Below, piece by piece: positions 38,538-52,109 of a DNA stretch of 64,000 nucleotides (position 1 is its first letter; every line of letters begins with the position of its first letter). The translations under genes and the position numbers were made by a program. The DNA is from Octopus sinensis (lineage: Eukaryota), in contig NC_042998.1 in the NCBI RefSeq assembly GCF_006345805.1, forward strand, positions 24,180,001-24,244,000, given 5' to 3'. The notes under the pieces were generated by a model. It was given only the letters and a program-made list of their open reading frames with translations, was not told the DNA's origin and made no database searches.

Positions 38538-38755
38538 CCTTTTAGTATTTAAACGGCCATATCCGGCCAAAATATTTAATCTGTTTTATGTTCAAACTGA
38601 TCAGATCCAGGCCCTCACACCTACCCTACAATGTTACTCTACATTAAGCAATTACACCATCAAGATCTTGAAGATATGAGATAATGCATGATTAATTTAA
38701 ATCAATGTGAATCAATAAGCATTATGTTTGATAGAATAATCTGAACACTAAAGGG
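38538..38755. mobile_element. piggyBac-type MITE (family 1)
   Basis: TTAA|CCTTTTAGT ... ACTAAAGGG|TTAA; a related partial copy in opposite orientation lies at ~23797-23990. Confidence 0.7.
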
Positions 38756-39027
38756 TTAAACCCTTTCTTTTCTTTCCTGTTCTGTGTTTATTTATTACTG
38801 AATTATTTTTCAACCCATGCCAGCCCATGACAGCCTTTTCCAGGTTAGCATGAGTTGGACTGGTTCGCATGGAACGGGCCAGCTGGGGAGCAGTCCAGAC
38901 TCCATTTACCTGTTGAGGCATGGTTTCTACAGCTGGATAACCTTCCTATCTCTCTTTGAGTCACTTGCAAATCCAATACCTTTGTTTACTTTCACTGTAG
39001 TGTATATCCAAATATTATATATATATA

Positions 39028-39076
<49 letters not shown>

Positions 39077-40456
39077 CATACTCTTTTACTCTTTACTTGT
39101 TTCAGCCATTTGACTGCATCCATGCTGGAGCACCACCTTTAGACAGGCAAATCAACCCCAGGACTTATTCCTTGTAAACCCTGTACTTATTCTATCGGTC
39201 TTGTTTGCCAAACCACTAAGTTACAGGGACATAAACATACCAGCGATGTTCAGAGGACAAATACAGACACACAAACATACACACACATATATATACATAT
39301 ACATATATACGATGCGCTTCTTTCAGTTTCCATCTACTAAATCCACTCACAAGTCTTTGGTCGACTCAAAGCTATAGTAGAAGACACTTGCCCAAGTGCC
39401 ACACAGTGGGATTAAACCCAGAACCATGTGTTTGGTAAGCAAGCTTCTTACCACACAGCCACTCCTGTAACCCTGTTTATATTGAGAAGACCCAGCAAGC
39501 CAAGTGAGTCCGTAACCATGGCCTATGCCAGTGCAGCATAACCAGCCCATTTAAGAGTACCCTTCAATTATTGCGCTTGTGAAGACTTGTTGAAGCAAGT
39601 GAAATCATTGTTGTGGTTGATGGTAGTACCACCTGATTAGCATCCGTGCTAGTGACACAAAAAGCACCATTTGAGCATGGTTGATGCCTGTGCCAGCTGA
39701 CAGGTCCGTGCTGGTGGCATGTTAAAAGCACCATTTGAGTGTGGTCAATACCAGTGCCATCTGACTGGTAGCACGTTAAAAGTGTCATTTGAGTGTGGTC
39801 GATACCAGTGCCGGCTGACCGGTCCTGTGCTGGTGGCACATTAAAAGCACCATTCGAGCATGATCATTGCCAGTGCTGCCTGATTGGCTCCCATGCCAGT
39901 GCTACATAAAAGCACCTGCTACACTCTCAGAGTGGTTGGCATTAGAAAGGGCATCCAGCTGTAAAAGCCTTGTCAAATCAGACTGGAGCTTGGTGCAGCC
40001 TACTGACTTGCCAGCACTCAGTCAAAACCGTCCAACCCATGCCAGCATGGAAAGCTGACATTAACCGACAATGATGATGATGTTATATGTTCGTTTTTTG
40101 CTAATTTTTAAAATTAAATTCGTCATTATTATTTTTGTCGTAGCTGTACTTATTAATAGCAATTTTTTTCTTCACTTGGGGACTGGTTTTGAACCTTTGA
40201 AGTGACTTTTTATTACATACAGATAAATAATCGCAAAGTATGTTAGAAGTATCTACTTAAAATACAAATCAATAAATATTGGATTCTTGCTAGTTTCATT
40301 TTTGCTTATAAAATTAAGAATAAAATGAAAAAATGATTCAGTAATATATATACATTATGTGTGTTCATGTGTGTATCTGTGTGTACATTTATACATTTAT
40401 ATAGACACACATACATACATACATACATACATACATACATACATACATACATGCAC

Positions 40457-40487
<31 letters not shown>

Positions 40488-40719
40488 TGCATATGTATAT
40501 ACTAATATATATATATATCTTGCTCCTGTGCTGGTGGCATGTAGAAAACACCCACTACACTCTCGGAGTGGTTGGCATTAGGAAGGGCATCCAGCTTTTG
40601 AAACATTGCCAGATCAGATCGGAGCCTGTTGCAGCTGCTGGCTTTCCAGACCTCAGTCAAACTATCCAACCCATGCCAGCATGGAAAACAGGATTTAAAC
40701 AATGATGATGATGATAATA

Positions 40720-40756
<37 letters not shown>

Positions 40757-40757
40757 T

Positions 40758-40802
<45 letters not shown>

Positions 40803-41098
40803 CATGTATATATGCATGTATATACATAAACACACACACACACACATGCAAAAACACACACACGCAAACACACACATATATATAAATATGTATGCATATG
40901 TAGATATATATTAATAATATATAGTATATATATACATGTATAGCAACCTGTATATCTTACTTAATGTAGATGTACTGTAACAAATGCTATAATACTGTGG
41001 CATTCGTTTTCAAAATGCATCTTGTATGGACTTATAGTGCTAAAAAGCACAGAAGTATTAATAGCAGATGATAAAATGTTCAGCTTTTTCTGGTGGAA

Positions 41099-41145
41099 CT
41101 GTTAGATCACGTGATTTCTGCACATTTCTGCATCATCATCAGCAG
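41099..41145 (-). ncRNA. Degenerate minimal hammerhead within an old repeat (~40940-41145)
   Basis: CUGCUG-AUGAUGA-UGCA-GAAAUG-UGCA-GAAA-UCACGUGA-UC-UAACAG (C3 to A). A diverged inverted copy of the same repeat lies at ~42517-42710(+). Confidence 0.5.
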
Positions 41146-41926
41146 GTGTCCACTATTGCTGTATGGTAACGGAACTTCATCTCTACTGATATAGGAAAAT
41201 AGTGACTACTCAGTAACTGGTGTTACAGATAGTACATCCATGTTAAGTAGGATGTACTGATTGTTGTTTAGTACTAATACTACTTTCATCACTAATAACT
41301 AATATATACATACTAGCTGGCCCCCTGCCATCAAAAACGATGGCTAATTGTAGTATATTATATATAAATATGGATGATAAATCAAATTAATACACTTGTC
41401 GATGTTCATGTACATTCTCATACTTCCCTTGTACACATACACATATACACACATATACTCGCACAGAGTTGAAACGCTGTTTGATTTTTTTCTTTTCAGT
41501 GATGAATGTTCACCATCCCACCAGTCTGCCATCACCCCTTCTTTCCTTATTCATCTATCACCCCTTCCTTTCTCATTCATATGTTGTGACGGAGAAAAAC
41601 ACAAGAGTATTATTATAGTAGATTATATGGTGTGTGTATGTGTGTGTGCGTGTGTGCATGTACATGTGTGGAAGTGCAATAGCCCAGTGGTTGGGGCAGC
41701 AGACACGTGGTTGTAGGATCACGGTTTCGATTCTCAGACTGGCCATTGTGAGTGTTTATTGAGTGAAAACACCTAAAGCTTCACAAGGCTCCAGCAGGGG
41801 GTGGTGGCAAAGCCTGCCGTAATCTTTCACAACACTCTTTCTTCCTGTTTCTGTTGTACCTGTATTTCAAAGGGCCAGCCTTGTCACACTCTATGTCACG
41901 CTGAATCTCCCCAAGAAATTTGTTAA

Positions 41927-42147
41927 CCCTTTTGTTACCAACCCGGCTGAAACCGGCTCTGGCTCTGTTGTACAAATGTCTTGTTTTCTCAAGGTTTCAA
42001 TTAAAATCTTCCACCAAACCTTAGTCACAATTTATGTTCCTAATACAAGCTGAATGATAACTAAGTTAGTTTACTAAATTCTTTGTTATATTTAAAGTAA
42101 TTGAAAGAAACACAGAACATCTCAAAATAAATACAGTAACGAAAGGG
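41927..42147. mobile_element. piggyBac-type MITE (family 2) inserted at TTAA inside a SINE
   Basis: TTAA|CCCTTTTGTTAC ... GTAACGAAAGGG|TTAA. Removing it restores the SINE sequence seen uninterrupted at ~36905-36960. Partial copies at ~44399-44575 and ~57520-57586. Confidence 0.85.
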
Positions 42148-43162
42148 TTAAGGGTATATGCATCTGTGGAGTGCCAGCCACTTGCATGTTAATTTCACAA
42201 CCAGGTTGTTCTGTTGATCGGATCACCTGGAACACTCATCGTCGTAACTGATGAAGTGCCATGAATTCATTCACAATGAAATGCACACATGTGCACATAC
42301 AGTTTTATATAGGAATAAAACTGACTTAGGACAGGATATATGCCCTTCTCAAGTATTTTGCATTGGTTCTAAAATATTTAAACTAACAGTTGAGACTGGT
42401 TTTGTACATCCATTTGCCAACTGACTTGTCGTAGCATTCATTGTATCATAAAGCCATGTAATTTAGATATGATAAACGTGCTGTGTATTAAATGAACTTT
42501 GGAGTTTATCAAGTGCATATGATGCAGAAATATGCCGAAATCATGTGATCTAGCAGTTCTATCAGAAAAAAGATGAACATTTTATCATCTGCTGCTGATA
42601 CTTCTGTGCTTTTTCAGCACTATGAGCCAATAAAAGATGCTTTCTCAAGAATAATACCACAATTTTATAGCATTTGTTACAGTATATCTGCATTAATATA
42701 AAATATGCATTTGATAAACAAATACAACACTGAAATGTATAACAAGTATTTTGTGCTTCAGGAGACCTATTGAGTCAATATCAAAATAAATATCAAATGG
42801 AAATTGTAGTTGTAATACCTGTTCCGGTGGCACGTGAAACGCACCATCCAAGCGTGGCCTATGCCAGCGTCTCCTTGACTGGCATCTGTGCCGGTGGCAT
42901 GTAAAAAGCACCAACTGACCATGGCTGCTGCCAGCCTCCCCTGGCACCTGTGCCAGTGGCACATAAAAAGCACCCACTACACTCACGGAGTGGTTAGCAT
43001 TAGGAAGGGCATCCAGCTGTAGAAACACTGCCAGATCAGACTGGAGCCTGGTGAAGCCTCCTGGCTTCCCAGACCCCAGTCAAACCACCCAACCTGTGCT
43101 TCACGGAAAATGGACGTTAAACAATGATGATGATGATGATGTATATAGATAAAATTACGTAT

Positions 43163-43395
43163 GTCAAGGGAGTGAGAAGGAGGAAGGCCATCTGGAGTAC
43201 CACTGATGTGGCAGAGAGGGTCTCAAGATGGCTGTGGATTAAAAGAGGAGAGCCATGGGGTAGCTAGTTGGCCATCTGGACACAAACTGGGTTCTGATCA
43301 GCCCCAGCTGGGTCACCTGGAGGTGGGTGTATGATGTTGAAAGACTCGAAATACCTGATGATACCAGGCACATCACTAAAGATGTGTCCAGATGC
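43163..43395 (+). mobile_element. HERO-like (RLE non-LTR) 3' fragment
   Basis: VKGVRRRKAIWSTTDVAERVSRWLWIKRGEPWGS* resembles the HERO C-terminus as I recall it, followed by a GC-richer 3' UTR-like segment; not verified by search. Confidence 0.55.
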
Positions 43396-46387
43396 TTCAT
43401 TCATTGATGTATGCATGCATCAATCATTCAGCTTGGATTTCACCAAATTCTTCATGTTTGATAGTCATAGCCCTGCTTTAGTTGAGCACTCTCACTAATC
43501 AAGAAGCGATGATTTTCATATAAGACGTCTCAGCAATATTTCAAAATTTTTTCCTCTATCAATAGCCACCAATAAATAGAATATTATATTTAAGCAAATC
43601 GTTAGAACTTGTTTCACAAGACGTTTTGAAAGTAGGTTGCATAAATATTGAGGAAATGATTTTATTTGAGATTCTATCTCTTGCATAATACAAGAAGTGA
43701 TAACCACAGGCTGTGCCTATTTTATAAATTGTTATTATTGAAATATGTTCTCTAAACTCACTTAAAACTTTTCTTTTAGTGATCTTGGAGAGCTAGTATG
43801 AAGAATTTAATAAGTTAGAAATAATAAGTATTTACATTTTCCCAATTCAAACTTCAAATTGAATTGCTGTGGGCAGGTTTCCTCAGATGAACAGAAAGAA
43901 AATAGAAATTAATTCAGTTAAGATGTCTGCTTTCAAACGTGTAAAATATAGTCTTGTTATATTTCTAGATTATAGATAACACATTCATGTCATTTCATTT
44001 TTTTTTCTACACAACATTGGTATTAGTTTTATCCAGGAGAAAAAAAACACGATAAATTTTTTCGAAAAGTGACTACCTTGATGGAACCAAAATACCGAAT
44101 TCCCATGTGACTAAATATTTAATTGATAAATAAGTTTTTAATCATCATATCAGTAATGTCATTAAATGAAAAGTTACAAAAAATCTCAAAAAAACTTCCT
44201 TTTTTCTTGATTAAGATAAAATATTCACTAACTGTATTTCTATGTTTTATTGAATTAATTCTATAATTTTTTTATAAAAATAAGATTGTGGTGGACGTGC
44301 ATGACAGCAGTGGTGTAGCATGGGTTGTGTGGAGTGTACAGAACTCACAGAAGAACTAATTTATATGTATGTTTGTTGTTATTAAAGATATGTTACATTT
44401 AACCCTTTTGTTACCATATTTCTGTTGAGATGCTCTGTGTTTCTTTCAATTACTTTTTAAAATAACAAAGAATTCTGTAAATTTAATGATCACTAAGTTT
44501 AGTGATCATTAAACTAGTGTTAGGAACATAAATTGTGACTAAGGTTTGGTGAAAGATTTTAATTCAGAATTTTCAATAAGTTATATTTTGATTCCCCTCC
44601 ACTAAATGCTAATAATTTATGGATAGTGTGGAAATGCACAAAAATAAAAGGGGATCCCTTGGGACCCCGATGGCCTTTTGTGTAATTCCAACTTCACCAG
44701 CCCACGAAGGATTAATAAATTTAGAAAATAAATTACCAATATCTTAATCGACAAACTTTGATGCCTGTGTGGTAAGTAGCTCGCTTACCAACTATATGGT
44801 TCTGGGTTCAGTTCTACTGCGTGGCACCTTGGGCAAGTATCTCCTACTATGGCTTCGGGCTAACCAAAGCCTTGTGAGTGGATTTGTAGACGAAGATTCC
44901 GAGTTTGATTCCAGGCAGTGACCTGAATAATAATAATATTAGGCGTAGGAGTGGCTGTGTGGTTAGTAGATTGCTTACGAACCACATGGTTCAGGGTTCA
45001 GTCCCACTGTGTAGCACTTTGGGCAAGTGTCTGCTACTACAGCCTCGGGCCAACCAAAGCCTTGTGAGTGGATTTGGTAGATGGAAACTGAAAGAAGCCC
45101 ATCGTATATATGTATATATATCCATATGCATGTGTGTGTACATGTTTGTGTATCTGTTTGTCCCCACAACATCACTTGACGACCGATACTGGTGTGTTTA
45201 CGTCCCCGTAACTTAGTGGTTCGGCAAAAGAGACCAATAGACTAAGTACTAGGCTTATAAAGAATAAGTCCTGGGGTCGATTTGCTCGACAAAAGGCGAT
45301 GCTCCAGCATGGCTGCAGTCAACTGACTGAAACAAGTAAAAGAGTATGGTTTAACATGGCCACAAACAAACCATAAGAACTAGTAAAAGTGTATGATGAA
45401 TCAGTAAGTGATGATCATGTGAAAAGATGCATAACAATCTGTAGTTCTAAAATATGAAACACTGAAACAATGGCTTTTCAAAAGGAAGAATAGAATAAAT
45501 GACTTAATATAGAAATCTTCTGTTCTTAAAATAATCATGTTTTAGAATCTTGTGCAGCTAAGCATAACACCCTCACATCTATCCGTGACAGGATGATTGA
45601 TCAGTGAGTATTCTCTGATACTTTGTTGACTAGTTTTAGTCCTGTGGTCATGCAATGACACACCAGTGTGAGTAGATGGGTGGCTGGGCTTCCCAACACC
45701 TGCTGCAAGAGGGACCCCTTATATATTCATATATATATATATATATAAATTAAATTAGAGATAAAACCACTATTAGGCAAATCAAACAGTGAAAAACACA
45801 AACAAAAACATAGAAATAAAAATAATTAATATAATATACAAAATCCGTAAAATACAAAATTTTAAATCTAAGTTATTTAAATTTAAAGTTAAAAATTTTA
45901 AATTGTTAAATTATTTTTATAAATTTTTATATATATATATATTTTAATTTTTATTTTTTATATTTATTTATTTATATATATATCTGTGTGTGTGTGTGTG
46001 TGTGGTGTGTGTGTGTGTGTGTGGAGGCACGTGGCTTAGTGGTTAGGCTGTCAGTATCATGATCGTAAGATTGTGGTTTCGATTCCTGGACCGGGCAACA
46101 TGTTGTGTTCTTGAGCAAAATACTTCATCTCATGTTGCTCCAGTCCACTCAGCTGGCAAAAATGAGTAACGCTGTGATGGACTGGCGTCCCATCCAGCTG
46201 GGGAACACATACGTCATAGAAACTGGGAAACCAGGCCCATGAGCCTGGCTAGGCTTTAAAAAGGGCGCATTTATTATTTTATTATTATTATTATTGTCAT
46301 CATCATCATTATTATTATTATATATATATATATTTAGAGATAAAATTCGTCAGAATTTGGAAGAAAAATCTTTTTATTTCTTCATTG

Positions 46388-46427
46388 TTATTAGCACTTT
46401 CGTCCCTTTCTTGAACTTGTCAAATAA
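46388..46427 (-). ncRNA. Degenerate minimal hammerhead
   Basis: UUAU-UUGACAA-GUUC-AAGAAAG-GGAC-GAAA-GUGC-UA-AUAA; core and stem III deviations are all transitions from CUGACGA and GCGC. Confidence 0.45.
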
Positions 46428-46579
46428 AATTTTGTGAATGTACAAGTAGCTTGTTCTTTTATATAAAGCAGTTGTTTTTTAAGGGTTTTGTTTAGAAGGA
46501 ATATTGTTTTTGCTTTTTTTGGGTGAGGTTCCATGACAATGGAGATGGATAGATAGAAACATAGGTAGGTAGATAGGTT

Positions 46580-46652
<73 letters not shown>

Positions 46653-47885
46653 GTAGAGAGAGAGAGAGAGAGGGGGGGTTCCCCCCTTTTTATTCACCAT
46701 TCATTTATTTATTTAGTCCTTTGCCATTGTATTGGAATGGGTTTAAGGATGGTGACCTCTTCAGAAAAAAAACAAAACAGGTGCCATTAGGTCGTCACCG
46801 AAAGTCATTTTGCTTTCTTTCTCTCTTCCCTTTTCTCCTTCTTTTTTCTTTTTCTTTTTTCTCCTCTTTGGGTTATATTTAGAATACAAAACATACTGTC
46901 TCCCCTTCCAAACATTCAATTTTGGAGGGAATGTTTTGATGAAATGTAGTTCTGCTTGAAAAAAACAGTATAGTTATTGCAAATTAACAATTTAAGCAAT
47001 AAATAAATAAAATAAAATGAAAAAATATATATAATGCTAAAATGATATTATAAAAACCATTTCAGTACCGGTTTCAGTCATTAAGACTTTTCAATTGTAA
47101 GTATGGAAAACAATTAAATTTTGGAAAAATTAAATGAAAAGTTTTTTAAAAGAATATTTGCAGAGTATTCAAATACAAGGGGCATTTTCCTTGTTTCTGC
47201 CTGTCTCTGTCTCTCTTGTTTACTCTTGTGTGTTCGACGTCATTGTATATATAATATATGGTGAATTTATGGAATGAAATCCCATAAAACTCCTCAATTT
47301 AAATGAACATGAGAGGAGACAAGTTGTTAAAATATATAAGATGCTTAATTCTTGTAGATGATCGTTTTGTACAGAGATACAATAATAATAATACAAATTC
47401 ATGATTGAATTAAATTAAATTAATTAAATATCATCATACTCTTCAGTGCAGGAAGTTGAAACCATAATACAAGGAACTTGAGAAGGAATATAGCAGAAAA
47501 ATTGGATCTGGGAGATTGATATTTTTATCTGTGTGAGAAAGAGATATGAGTCATGTCAGATATTTGACTCTAACTAAGGGCTTCAACAGATATTTGAAGA
47601 TATAAGTAAAGAGGTATCATAGACATTACCTCTATAGATTAGTATGGAAATTAGAAATTTTAACTCCAAATGAGTAGTGTAGGGTAAATATGTATTAGAA
47701 ATGTCCAATGGAAAGACACATCAAGGTTTGAATTAAAATATGAATTAACCATTGAAATCATTACGTAGTATAATGCATTTAAAAAAAAATTCTGTATATA
47801 AGAATGAAGTTTAGTGTGAGGAGGTGGTATATAACACACACACACACACACACACACATATTTATATATATATATATACACACAC

Positions 47886-47937
<52 letters not shown>

Positions 47938-48714
47938 TATATATATAAATATGTATATGTAATAATAATATGAGGGAATATTATTCCAAACTTACAAGGA
48001 AAAATTCAATTTAGAAATACTAAATCAAATTTCACAAAATATAATACATATACATGTAATCTTTCTATAATATGTAATTTTTCTAAATGGTATTATTTAA
48101 TTTTTCATTATTGAATTGATAAAAGGTGTTTTTTTATAATTTATATATATGTGTGTGTATATATATATATAGAGAGAGATAGATAGAGAGAGATTTATAG
48201 ATATTTACATACATACATACCTACATATATATACCTATAGAAAAACTTTTATTATGTTTCCCCCTTAGAGTTATTCAGAACACAACATTGGATGCTCCAG
48301 ATTCATATATGTTCATCTCCTGCATAGTTTGGGTCTACTATATTTTACATTCAAGGCATTTGTCAACCTAAAACTATTGTAGAAAATCCTTTCCAAATAT
48401 GAGCTTAACTAGAACCTCATGTTTGAAAATCAAACAACTTCAACCGTACAGCTAAACATGTGCCCTGCTCTAAAAATAAGATGTGATGGTCATAGTTTAA
48501 TAACCATTCATTAGCACTGACTTTAATTGAGAAATAAGGAGATATAACCAGAGTTTATCCTTTGTTAATGGAGTTATGGAGTTATCATTGGGATTCTTAG
48601 TAACCTAAATGATTTACCTGCTGCCCTATCACTGATATTAATTTCATGCTTTATTATTGATACATACATACATACATACATACATACATACATTCATTCA
48701 CACCCACATACATA

Positions 48715-48751
<37 letters not shown>

Positions 48752-49253
48752 ATATATATATGTATATATATATATATGTATAAAATATGTATGTGTGCAT
48801 ATATGTATATATATACATGTATATATGTGTATGCATATATATATATACATGTGTGCACGTGTGTGTGTGCGTGTATGTCTATGTATATGTATATATGTAT
48901 GCATGTATATCATACCAATATAACCAGAACAAAATTGCATACGATAACTGATATTTTCTACTCAAATAAACACATAAAAATGAAGTATTTCTCTGATAAA
49001 ACTTGCTAATATAATTCTGATAAATTTTCATTTAATGTTCTGAGAACACAGTTTCTGAATGTCTATCAAAATAACTTACACAGATTTATGTAGCAACAAA
49101 TTAAATTTTATAGATGCAAAGGATATTTTTACTGAAAAGTTTTTAAAGACTTCTGATTTGATTTGTCAAGTACCTAATTGGTTACCGATAATAAATTTAC
49201 ACATGATTATATATGTTTCTGATGGGTTGTGTCAATTTAACATTATGAGATTT

Positions 49254-49363
<110 letters not shown>

Positions 49364-49542
49364 CGTGCTTCTGTGTATATGTATCTATATGCATATATAC
49401 ATACATATATGCATATATACATTCATATATGCAATATGCATACATACATGCATATATATATATATATATACACACACTCACACATATATATATATATGTA
49501 TGTATGTATGTATGTATACATATATGTATGTATATATGTATG

Positions 49543-49573
<31 letters not shown>

Positions 49574-50174
49574 GTAATATATATGCATGTATATATATAT
49601 ATATATATATATAAAATGTATATATGTATGTGTATATATATATATACACATGTATGTATATATATATTATGTATATATATAAATATATATATGTGTGTAT
49701 GTATATATATGTATATATATATATACATGTATATATATATATATATATATTTATATATTCATATATATATATATATTTATATATTCATATATATATATAT
49801 TTATATATTCATATATATATATATATATTTATATATTCATATATATATATGTCAAGAATATTCTATAAATACATATTAGTGTACATATCAGCTTGTGTAA
49901 AGGACACAGTATTCAACATGTGGAAGTTGCGCTATTCCGAAATATATCGATTCCATAAGCATGTAAAATACTTATGAGTAGAAAAGTTTCAGATTGAACT
50001 TGATTAGTAAAGGTAAACTCAAACCCTTTCTGAAGAAATGAGCCATTACCTCTATAGGACACAACTAGTTACACACATACCTTCAAACACATATAAATGT
50101 ATATGTGTACACACACACACATGCATACACAAACACACACACACACACACCTGTATATGTGTGTGTATATAGTA

Positions 50175-50216
<42 letters not shown>

Positions 50217-50868
50217 TATATATAGAATATAATATATATCATCACCATCACGTTACCGACCAGTCCATCAGATGTAGTTACACATCGCTGGTCACAATGC
50301 ATTCGCATTGTTTTAGCCTTCGATTGACGCCACCCCGCTAGCTAAGCAAGCAGGCCAATAATATATATATAATATATATTATATGTATATATAATATATA
50401 TATATGTATATATATAATATATATTATATGTATATATAATTATATATATGTATATATATGTATATATAATATATATATATGTAATATATATATATATATA
50501 TATGTATATATAATATATATATATATGTATATATATTATATATATTATATGTATATAGATGTTTATACATCTAAATTAAATGTATATAGATGTACCTATA
50601 TATATGTGTATACACATGTATATGTGTATATGTATAAGTATTCAATATCATATTGAAATGCACTTAGTACAATTTTGATTGTATTTTTTCATCCTGTTTT
50701 GCAAAATAATTCATTTCCCAATTTAATATCAAACCATAGATATATATCTATCTGAAATATAAGAATAGATTTCTGTAATTTATCATTAAGAATAAAAAAA
50801 AACAACAAAAAAAAAACAAGACAAAATAATGAAAAAATTCCCCCAAAAAAGCACAGACGGCTTCCATC

Positions 50869-50882
50869 GTTGCTATGGTGAC
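50869..50882. promoter_or_regulatory. Candidate RFX X-box
   Basis: GTTGCTATGGTGAC fits the 14-bp GTNRCN-AT-RGYRAC pattern in non-repeat sequence; single-motif match only. Confidence 0.3.
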
Positions 50883-51541
50883 TATGGTGCCATTCAGCTG
50901 AAATTCAAATATAAGATAAGATATAATATTTAGCAGAAAACGAGTAAGTCGGAATAAGTGATTTAATTTACTTTGTTTGTTAGAGACATGATAACATGAT
51001 GTATATGAAAGAAAACTATCCACAGATTCTCTGAAGTAAATTCATCACATGAAACTAACAAGAAACAAGTGAAAATTTTCTATTTAACGACATTAAATTC
51101 TACATTCTGATTCTCTAGTTTTCTTTGCTTTTTTTTTTTTCCTTCTACCATACTGAGATTTACTTCTTTTGCATCGTGTTCTTCCTAGAAAGTAAGTCTC
51201 CAATATGGAAGCATATAAATTTGGAAATATCAATGTTTTTGTAAATTCTTTCTTTTTTTTTCTCTTTTTCGGAAAAAGAGAAAAAAAAGAAAGAATTGTC
51301 TTCATTCTCTCAACTGTTATTTTGTTTTTATTATTACTGTATTTCCAAATATTTTCTGCTTCCTTTATTTTTTTTCTCTCATTTATTCTATCCGTATGCC
51401 TGTACTCTGTTGTATGTATTTCAATATAACATGGTTTTGTTGGTTATATAACAAAAATAATGCTCAAAATTCTGACCTCACCTTACATTCTAACCTTATC
51501 AATGTCTCTTATATTGTTTATTTAATAATGAACATGGATTT

Positions 51542-52109
51542 GGCAGCATGCTGGCAGAAACGTTAGCACACTGGGCAAAATGCTTAGCGGTATTTCGTCT
51601 GTCTTTACGTTCTGAGTTCAAATTCCACCGAGGTCGACTTTGCCGTTCATCCTTTCAGGGTTGATAAATTAAGTACCATTTGTGTATTGGTCGATCTAAT
51701 CGACAGGCTTCCCTCCCCCAAAATTTCAGGCCTTGTGCCTAGATTAGAAGAGAAATGCTTAGCGGTATTTCGTCTGTCTTTACATTCTGAGTTCATATTC
51801 CACCGAGGTCGATTTTACCTTTCATACTTTCGTGGGGGAGTCAATAAATTAAGTACCAGTTGCGTACTAGGGTCAATCTAATTGACTGGCCCCCTCCCCC
51901 AAAATTTTGGACCTTGTGCCTAGAGCAGAAAAGAAATGCTTAGCGGTATTTCGTCTCCCTTTATGTTCTGAGTTCATGTTCCACTGAAGTCAATTTTGCC
52001 TTTCATCCTTCCAAGGTCAATAAATTAAGTACCAGTTGCGTACTGGAGTCAATCTAATCAACTGACTCCCTCCCCCAAAATTTTGGGCCTTGTGCCTAGA
52101 GCAGAAAAG
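51542..52109 (+). mobile_element. Family C SINE with triplicated body, flanked by an 18-bp TSD
   Basis: AATAATGAACATGGATTT at 51524-51541 and 52110-52127; body units start AAATGCTTAG at 51578, 51753 and 51934. Confidence 0.85.
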
